From the IMG/VR virus record IMGVR_UViG_3300011242_000002, positions 160,001-224,000 of that record: DNA of 64,000 bases; one strand, given 5' to 3'. Every line of letters starts with the position of its first letter. Positions within the stretch are counted from its first letter, which is position 1. The notes under the pieces were generated by a model. It saw only the letters and a list, made by a program, of their open reading frames with translations, had not been told where the DNA came from and did not search any database. A program made the position numbers and the translations under genes. Positions 57,534-64,000 of this stretch are shown piece by piece. The stretch is from a virus (lineage: Duplodnaviria > Caudoviricetes).

Positions 57534-58223
57534 ATGAACACCAATAAAGCAAATGATTCAGTCATGACTTCCCTTAAGCATCTGCAAAACCTTAGCCCAA
57601 CCGGTCCACGTCAAGCCGAAGTGGAAAGCGCACTGCGCAAGATGGCCAACACACCCGGATTAGAACCCCGCAGCGACGCTATGAAGGGGTATTCGTGCGG
57701 ACGCGACTTTTACCACCATAACGCTAGCGCTTCAGCTCGTTGGAACGCTGAGAAAGGCGGTTACGAACTTACCTCTTCATTTAACACCCCCATTGTTCAG
57801 CACCCTAACCGTACGTTTCTGTGGGAAGCCCTGTTTGGTGCACCGCAATGGCACGTATGGAACCGTTTCGTCCGCCCGTTCTACTACCTCGCTCCCGAGT
57901 TTGTGAAGCTGGGCCGCCGTCTGAATACCATAAAGTCGTATTTGGCCTTTGACTGGCTGACTAATGTGGTCGTGCCACGCATTAACCAGTATGACCCGAT
58001 CAACTACATCGAGTACTGTGAAAAGCACCTGGGGCATGACCCAATCGAGAAGCCAAAGTGGAGGGATGTTGTGAACACCTTTGGGATGGATCCGCGTTGG
58101 TGGGCGCCTTGCAGTTTGCCAGATCCTTTCAAGGGTAACCCGTACGCTATCGACGACCGCTGCAGATTACGCCTTGCCCAGATGTTTCCCGTTAAACCTG
58201 TAATGAACAAGAGAATTATCTGA
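57534..58223 (+). CDS. hypothetical protein
   Basis: AAGGA RBS. Confidence 0.7.
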   Translation: MNTNKANDSVMTSLKHLQNLSPTGPRQAEVESALRKMANTPGLEPRSDAMKGYSCGRDFYHHNASASARWNAEKGGYELTSSFNTPIVQHPNRTFLWEALFGAPQWHVWNRFVRPFYYLAPEFVKLGRRLNTIKSYLAFDWLTNVVVPRINQYDPINYIEYCEKHLGHDPIEKPKWRDVVNTFGMDPRWWAPCSLPDPFKGNPYAIDDRCRLRLAQMFPVKPVMNKRII

Positions 58224-58224
58224 A

Positions 58225-58902
58225 ATGGCCATGAACCATAATTACTACACCCTGGTCCACAGCTACGCCTTGAACAAAGACATGGACCGGGTAGAGGCCG
58301 ACAACATTGCAACAACTTTGGCAGTGCTGATTCCGATGCGTCACGACTACGGTCTGCAGGATGGTCATACCTGGCCTAACAACGACTATGTGGTCGAGAA
58401 CATCAAAAAACTCCACCAGGGGAAACCGTATCAACGCATCATCCCATTTGACCTTGCGATTCCCCTTATTAAAGTCGATTCCATTAACCAGCTGCCAGCA
58501 ACCACCACGTACGGTCAGCGCTACTACGTTCGCAGCGGTAACCTGTTTATGGAAACCCAACTCAACGGCATGACGGAGACGGTAAAGAAAATGCAAAGCC
58601 TTCAGATTACAGAGCCTTTAGACATAGACCCTGAGCAGTTGGCCCGGCTGCGTGAAAAAGCGGCCGAGCAGGGAATGATCATTGAAGTCTGGGACAAGGG
58701 CGCAAACCATCCCGACAACGTCGCAGGGTTGGCAAAGCTGAAAGAGGCGCTGACGGCGGCGGATGATAAGGCTGCGCCAAAAGTCCAGCCTGAGCGTAAA
58801 GAAGAGCGGAACAGCTGGTCAAACCCCACGGGGAAGATTAAATTCCGTGAGCGTCCATCTAACCGTTTAACCCGTATGCGTAATAATAAAAGAAGAGGTT
58901 AA
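58225..58902 (+). CDS. hypothetical protein with basic C-tail
   Basis: Operonic. Confidence 0.7.
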   Translation: MAMNHNYYTLVHSYALNKDMDRVEADNIATTLAVLIPMRHDYGLQDGHTWPNNDYVVENIKKLHQGKPYQRIIPFDLAIPLIKVDSINQLPATTTYGQRYYVRSGNLFMETQLNGMTETVKKMQSLQITEPLDIDPEQLARLREKAAEQGMIIEVWDKGANHPDNVAGLAKLKEALTAADDKAAPKVQPERKEERNSWSNPTGKIKFRERPSNRLTRMRNNKRRG

Positions 58903-58903
58903 C

Positions 58904-59206
58904 ATGTCTGATCGCAGCGCCTATTTTACACAGCAGCAGCGTCGTTTACAGCTTGAGAGCCTATCAGGTGGGTTTCGTAGCGATGAAATGGTAATGTTCA
59001 GTGCGCCGAATAAGCCTCGTTCACGCATTACCGGGGTCATTGATGAGCCAGCACATATCGGCGGCGTACGGGTTTTGACAATCCCTAACAACAATGACTG
59101 GGGTGTCCGTCGAATCGTACCTCAGAAGAAAGGCCCTAAAGGTCCGATTACGATGCCCGGTATTGGCGAGCGTAAGAAGAAAGGCAAACACCGCGGAAAG
59201 TATTGA
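58904..59206 (+). CDS. basic hypothetical protein
   Basis: GAGG RBS. Confidence 0.65.
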   Translation: MSDRSAYFTQQQRRLQLESLSGGFRSDEMVMFSAPNKPRSRITGVIDEPAHIGGVRVLTIPNNNDWGVRRIVPQKKGPKGPITMPGIGERKKKGKHRGKY

Positions 59207-59219
59207 GGTTAACTATCCA

Positions 59220-59582
59220 ATGAGTAAACATAAACGTTTAAAAGCGGCAAAGCGTAAGCAGCACAACAAGTCGGCTAAGGTCAGAAGTGCGGAATGGAAA
59301 CAGTACTGTCGTACTCGTGACCTTGAACTCGCGGCAATACGTGAGCAGCGTGAACGTGAACGCGCAGAAGCGCCGCCGCCTGCGCCGCCGAAAAACCACA
59401 TCGACCGTGCATTGGATATGTTCCTCGATGACGGTGCGTTGCTACCAGGTTTGTATCATAGCGACGGTACGCTGGATCTACTAAACCTCGTTAAGCGGGC
59501 TGAGAGTCTGGGTGGTCTTGTATTTATTGATACCGAAGACAGTATAAAACAGGAGACCGAACATGGATCAACACCAGCATAA
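59220..59582 (+). CDS. hypothetical protein with basic N-terminus
   Basis: GAGG RBS before ATG 59220. Confidence 0.65.
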   Translation: MSKHKRLKAAKRKQHNKSAKVRSAEWKQYCRTRDLELAAIREQRERERAEAPPPAPPKNHIDRALDMFLDDGALLPGLYHSDGTLDLLNLVKRAESLGGLVFIDTEDSIKQETEHGSTPA

Positions 59583-59751
59583 CGTCACGTATGCAGACAC
59601 GATCGAGTATCAGATTGATCAGGCGTCCGATCGCGCACGTTTACCTTTCTTTGTACTGCCGAAGAAAGAGCCGTTCATTCCAGAGATCTTTAAGGTTAAT
59701 GGGGTGGTTGTTCGCGCCGAAGATCAACACATGGGGCCGTTTACGTCATGA
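59563..59751 (+). CDS. small hypothetical protein
   Basis: AGGAG RBS. Confidence 0.6.
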   Translation: MDQHQHNVTYADTIEYQIDQASDRARLPFFVLPKKEPFIPEIFKVNGVVVRAEDQHMGPFTS

Positions 59752-59894
59752 CACCTAAACAAAAGAAAAGACAGCAGTTAAAGCGTCGCTGTCACAACCA
59801 ACCGGGTAAGGGTCAGCGTAATACTGCGTATATGCAGATTTCTACCTGGCGGGCATCTTCTAAGCAAATGGCGTCCTGGACGACGTGGCCATGA
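59748..59894 (+). CDS. 48-aa basic peptide, copy 1 (not in ORF track)
   Basis: MTPKQKKRQQLKRRCHNQPGKGQR...; ATGA overlaps at both ends. Confidence 0.7.
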   Translation: MTPKQKKRQQLKRRCHNQPGKGQRNTAYMQISTWRASSKQMASWTTWP

Positions 59895-60037
59895 CCCCTA
59901 AGCAAGAGAAGCGGTTGCGGTTGAAGCGACGTCACCACAATCAGTCCAACAAAGGCCAGCGTGGTATCATGCAGCTCGCCATTGCACGGCCGGCTATCAC
60001 GCAGGGCAAACTCAGGATGACCATTCCGTGGCGGTAA
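59891..60037 (+). CDS. 48-aa basic peptide, copy 2 (not in ORF track)
   Basis: MTPKQEKRLRLKRRHHNQSNKGQR... Confidence 0.7.
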   Translation: MTPKQEKRLRLKRRHHNQSNKGQRGIMQLAIARPAITQGKLRMTIPWR

Positions 60038-60276
60038 AGAAAAAACGCAAGGTCGGTCGCGCTGCGCCGGTTAGACGTAAACGCCGGCGCAGCCGTAAGG
60101 TAAAGCCCGCGGGCTACAACGATCACGCGTTGAAGTTTATTCAGCAGCACGATCCGTTTAAAACAGAACCGTACGAACCGCCTCGTAGTGAAGACTACGG
60201 GGTGGTCCCTAACCTATTCCAACTCATCACTGCCGAAGAAATGGCGTTCCAACGTCAATACCGCAAACGGCGTTAA
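60028..60276 (+). CDS. Arg/Lys-rich small protein
   Basis: KKKRKVGRAAPVRRKRRRSRK; AGGA RBS. Confidence 0.65.
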   Translation: MAVKKKRKVGRAAPVRRKRRRSRKVKPAGYNDHALKFIQQHDPFKTEPYEPPRSEDYGVVPNLFQLITAEEMAFQRQYRKRR

Positions 60277-60284
60277 GGATAATT

Positions 60285-60875
60285 ATGAGTACCTGTCAAG
60301 AAATAGAAAAACTAGGTCTGGAAAATGAGACCGGTTTTAATTATGCGGGTCTGCGTGTAAAGATGCATCACCGTTATGAGGGGGTTAATACTTGGGATGC
60401 CGTCGTGGTGCCGACTGTTGAGCTTTTTTGGAAAGACGTTTTGCTTGGCAGCTACAAATCCCTCCCTGAAGCAGTCAGTCAGTCATTCAATGCCGTGCGC
60501 GTTTGCCGGCCAGGGATTGCTGAGCAAGTGGGGTCAGACCGCCCACAACTGTTAACCGTGCTGTCATCACTGGGTAGTTTACTTGGCCTTGGTATCGGGA
60601 ATTTTTGCGATGTTCCTGAAATAGAAACTCGTCTTTACCCGGAAGACGATCGCACGCGTGCTGCGTTCAAGCACTGGGATGACCGTCCACAGGTGCGGGT
60701 CTTTGCTTCCTTGTCATCGTTTGATCTCAGTAACTTTAAGAACGAAGCCGTCCGCTATCGGATCGTAATGACCGCCCACGGTTCTGAGGTGATACATGAA
60801 GTCACTATGCCGTCGTGGCAGCTGATTGATCTTAATGAAACGTTAATTCAGCTTATGATCAAACACTTTGCATAA
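60285..60875 (+). CDS. hypothetical protein
   Basis: AAGGA RBS, terminator follows. Confidence 0.7.
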   Translation: MSTCQEIEKLGLENETGFNYAGLRVKMHHRYEGVNTWDAVVVPTVELFWKDVLLGSYKSLPEAVSQSFNAVRVCRPGIAEQVGSDRPQLLTVLSSLGSLLGLGIGNFCDVPEIETRLYPEDDRTRAAFKHWDDRPQVRVFASLSSFDLSNFKNEAVRYRIVMTAHGSEVIHEVTMPSWQLIDLNETLIQLMIKHFA

Positions 60876-60947
60876 AAAGAGAGGGCTGCCAAGGCGGCCT
60901 TCTTTTTTTTTTATGTTGATCTTATGTCATGGAAATGAGAGGTAGGT

Positions 60948-61601
60948 ATGTTAGAAACACTGTTGGGTAGGGCCGGGGCGACGAACAAACATTATATTGA
61001 TATCAACTTTGAAGATGCGGAGGTTGGGTCAAGATCGATAATCGATCGTGGTACACTCGGGGTAGAGTTTAACCGCACTGTCTCAGGTGGGGTAAATAAT
61101 GATGGCGTCGTTGACGACCCCACCTTTGGTAAATGTTACAAGTTTGATGGCACGTCAGTATTCGTAGGAAACAAACATCCCGGGTTGTGGAATAAGCAGT
61201 ACCGAATGGAATTAAAGTTTGTTAACATCGGCATGAATTCTTCGCAGATTATCTGTGCGGGTGATTACCCTTATGCGGGTGGTCAGGCAGCGGGTTGGGA
61301 GTTGGCGACTAACCAGTACCCGGACACGTACATGCAGATGTTTTTAATCAATGCGAATGTGGTGTACACCCGACTGCTGCTGCCAGGTACCAACCCGGGT
61401 CCTTCCGTGCTGGAGACCATCATTGTTACCCGTATCGGCTCAGTGATCACCATGAGCAATCCCCGCACCGGTCAGAGCGTGGGTGTTAACTTTGATACCC
61501 AAGCCGACTACCTACTGCATGTCGGCGGCGGATATGTGAATAATTACGCAGCAGCGTTCCAGGGCTTATTAAAATCCTACACCGTTGAACTGTTGAGCTA
61601 A
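60948..61601 (+). CDS. putative tail-associated LamG/ConA-like virion protein
   Basis: MLETLLG N-terminus; FGK.YKFDG and LHVGG....FQG lectin-like motifs. Confidence 0.65.
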   Translation: MLETLLGRAGATNKHYIDINFEDAEVGSRSIIDRGTLGVEFNRTVSGGVNNDGVVDDPTFGKCYKFDGTSVFVGNKHPGLWNKQYRMELKFVNIGMNSSQIICAGDYPYAGGQAAGWELATNQYPDTYMQMFLINANVVYTRLLLPGTNPGPSVLETIIVTRIGSVITMSNPRTGQSVGVNFDTQADYLLHVGGGYVNNYAAAFQGLLKSYTVELLS

Positions 61602-61687
61602 TGGCGGGGCTTCGGCCCTGCTGTTATGCCGCTCAAGTATTCCTCGACATCCGGTGTAAATAAATTGCGTTGTAACTAATTTCACCC

Positions 61688-61703
61688 CTACATTACTTAG
61701 GTG
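61688..61703 (+). promoter_or_regulatory. phiKZ-type early promoter
   Basis: CTACATTAC-TTAGG-TG. Confidence 0.75.
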
Positions 61704-61751
61704 AATGCATTCCCGCTCATTTAGAGCATCTACACAACGAGGACACACCCC

Positions 61752-62456
61752 ATGTATCAATCTTCTTTTTTATCCCCAACGCCGGTTCAATCCTTAACGC
61801 CGATGATCGCTGAGCTGATCGACGACGTCAATACCCTGCTTGAGCAGGTGAGCCCGGGCGTGGATTACCGTATTGATCCCGACACCGGCGTGATTTTAGG
61901 CAAACGCCAAAAGCCATCCCTGTCTGGCGAGCCCAGCTATGATCACGCGCCCATTGGCTGGCTGGCCATTAATGATCAGGGCGCGGTCATTGCGGCGGAG
62001 TATTTCAAGAACGAATCTTTCTCCTCTCATATCCACTACGTTCGCTCACTGTACCTGACCAAGCGTCAGGAGCGTATTGATAATCTCAACAGTCCCGACA
62101 CCCCGATCAACCTGTACGAAAAGATCACCGTGGCCTGTGTGTTTGAAGAGCTGATCGTAGAAGCCTTTGTGGCGGAACTCGAGGAGCGCGGCTTCGTGGT
62201 GGAAACCGTTTCGGTACGTAACTGGACGAAGGACAGCTCCCCGCTTGCCAGCATTCATTGTCCGCAGCCGGCCTTGACGATGTTACGCGGCAGCCGTGAT
62301 AAATTCGTTCAGCGTTGGTCAGGGTTGCTGAAAGGCACCGACTTTGCTACCGTGACCCATCAGCCCTGGCAGCAGTATCAGCCAGGTGCGCTTAACTACG
62401 CACCGCAAGACCTTGATCAACAACCGGGCAACGAGCCTAACCACAGCCAAGAATAA
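61752..62456 (+). CDS. hypothetical early protein
   Basis: GAGGA RBS. Confidence 0.7.
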   Translation: MYQSSFLSPTPVQSLTPMIAELIDDVNTLLEQVSPGVDYRIDPDTGVILGKRQKPSLSGEPSYDHAPIGWLAINDQGAVIAAEYFKNESFSSHIHYVRSLYLTKRQERIDNLNSPDTPINLYEKITVACVFEELIVEAFVAELEERGFVVETVSVRNWTKDSSPLASIHCPQPALTMLRGSRDKFVQRWSGLLKGTDFATVTHQPWQQYQPGALNYAPQDLDQQPGNEPNHSQE

Positions 62457-62469
62457 ATAGGTAACTACC

Positions 62470-62835
62470 ATGGGCGATTACACGCAAGCAATCTACAAAG
62501 CGGTCAGCAGCAAGACGGTGACCAAAGGCAGCACCATGCACATCGATGACTTCGGTGACATTTGGACGCTGATCCCACAGCTTAACCGCTACGGAGAGCA
62601 GAGCGTGTATCGCCAATACACCGGTAACCTGATTATCTCCGATCGTCCACTGTACTGTGATATGCACGGTAACCATCTCTACATTGGAGAGCTGGTGCCG
62701 AGCTATCACTTTAACATCCGCAACCCTGCGGCCTTTATTCAAGGACTGCAGCACCAGGTAGGGTATTACCTGGAAAGCCGCTTAGGCAAAATCAAAGCGC
62801 GGTATTACAAGAAACCCGTTCGTTTTAAAGGATGA
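62470..62835 (+). CDS. hypothetical protein
   Basis: Operonic. Confidence 0.7.
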   Translation: MGDYTQAIYKAVSSKTVTKGSTMHIDDFGDIWTLIPQLNRYGEQSVYRQYTGNLIISDRPLYCDMHGNHLYIGELVPSYHFNIRNPAAFIQGLQHQVGYYLESRLGKIKARYYKKPVRFKG

Positions 62836-62842
62836 CCTTAAC

Positions 62843-63277
62843 ATGTTGAAACAACTTGCGCTACTGGCCGGCTTAAGCGCCGGCCTTTGTGTTCATGCCG
62901 CAGATACCGTAACCAGCGGTAAAGTCTGGTCGGTGGAGTACAACACCGCCTCCGCGTTCTATTCTGCTGCGAAAGATGAGCAGGAGATTACCATGGAGTG
63001 TCTCCTTGGTGACATGACCTTTGCCCTACACGACGATGAAACCGGTGACGAGTTTAACTCCCGCGACGAGAAGACCTTCATCGTGGTTGACGGTATCGCT
63101 TATAAGGCCCCTACAACGCTTCAGGAGCGCGCCAAGTTCTACAACACTGTCTTGCATGCCTCAGACAGTATCCAGTACCGTACGGCCTCTGGCATCGAAT
63201 CTAAGGTATATCCGGTGAAAGAGCTCCGTCAGTTCTTTCAGACCATCGAGTTTGACCTGTCAGACTGTAAGGAATAA
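62843..63277 (+). CDS. exported protein with Sec signal peptide
   Basis: MLKQLALLAGLSAGLCVHA-A; acidic mature domain with two Cys. Confidence 0.7.
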   Translation: MLKQLALLAGLSAGLCVHAADTVTSGKVWSVEYNTASAFYSAAKDEQEITMECLLGDMTFALHDDETGDEFNSRDEKTFIVVDGIAYKAPTTLQERAKFYNTVLHASDSIQYRTASGIESKVYPVKELRQFFQTIEFDLSDCKE

Positions 63278-63304
63278 ATTAACCTAACCCGTTGGAGTAA
63301 TCAC

Positions 63305-63625
63305 ATGAAAGAAATTCCGCAACAGCTCATTAGCGACAAGTGCCCCGAAGGACTGTGGGTGTATATCAACAAAGATCACTTTGTGTTGGTCAAGGGTGAA
63401 ACTAACGGTCGTCCCAGTGAAGTCGTTTTGGGTGCGGTGTTGGTCAGTGACAAGCCGGTCAAAGCCGGGGTGACCACCAACGTGGTAACCTTCCCCTTTG
63501 AGCGCAACCCTTCTACCTACCTGTACATTACCGGTAACGAGTTCCCGGATGCCCGCTGCTTGCCTATGTGGGACATGATCTTCGATAACTTAAACAAATA
63601 TCTGGCGTTAAAAGGGTATCGTTAA
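63305..63625 (+). CDS. hypothetical protein
   Basis: GGAG RBS; terminator at about 63641-63671. Confidence 0.7.
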   Translation: MKEIPQQLISDKCPEGLWVYINKDHFVLVKGETNGRPSEVVLGAVLVSDKPVKAGVTTNVVTFPFERNPSTYLYITGNEFPDARCLPMWDMIFDNLNKYLALKGYR

Positions 63626-63685
63626 ATAACAATGATATACAGCGGGGATTCACCTCGCTGTTTTTTTTTTTGTTGAGGTGGAGTA

Positions 63686-64000
63686 ATGACCAAGGTCTAT
63701 AGCAAGATAGTGGCAATCGCCAGTGACTTTGCCGGTGACTTCTCATTTCCCGCGTTACGAGAATGCCTACCGCCCCATACCCGTATCACGTCACTGTACA
63801 ACTTTGCCACCGCAACCCAGTTTGCTGAAGACGTGAAGTCGGCAATGAAACGCAGCGATGTCATCATCGTTGATACCAGCGAACACACCCTGCGGTTCCT
63901 GAAGCTATTGGAAATCCCCTATCAGCTCATCTATCTTGGACAGTGTGTGACCGACTGCGAGCAGCGACACATTAACCACTGTCGGTTGCAGGCCAACTGT
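63686..64000 (+). CDS. hypothetical protein, runs off window end
   Basis: GAGGTGGAG RBS; open to window end. Confidence 0.55.
   Translation, partial: MTKVYSKIVAIASDFAGDFSFPALRECLPPHTRITSLYNFATATQFAEDVKSAMKRSDVIIVDTSEHTLRFLKLLEIPYQLIYLGQCVTDCEQRHINHCRLQANC

Overview
A 64-kb segment of a nucleus-forming (phiKZ-like, Chimalliviridae-type) jumbo phage genome. The conserved core block runs in phiKZ order: PhuZ tubulin, split family-B DNA polymerase, chimallin (nuclear shell), four intron-free non-virion RNA polymerase subunits (two beta-prime parts, one beta part, the gp68-like specificity subunit), SbcD/Mre11-like nuclease, ChmC-like RNA-binding protein, PicA/Imp1-like import factor and SF2 helicase. 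Around it are a tailspike/receptor-binding module, an internal head protein and many small accessory ORFs. Nine early-promoter motifs (CTAYATWAY-N5-TG) all lie on the + strand, and about 20 hairpins carry a conserved TTATGCC(G) flank. The most unusual content is non-coding. (i) A structured-RNA cluster at 15.1-17.4 kb holds a clear type I hammerhead ribozyme directly behind a tRNA-like cloverleaf with an extended anticodon arm. (ii) Two ORF-free regions (2.55-2.87 kb and 12.7-13.25 kb) share an identical 26-bp hairpin element followed by AT-rich, purine-rich and G-tract DNA, and are candidate replication origins. Orthology calls come from motifs and synteny recalled from phiKZ-family literature; no database searches were run.
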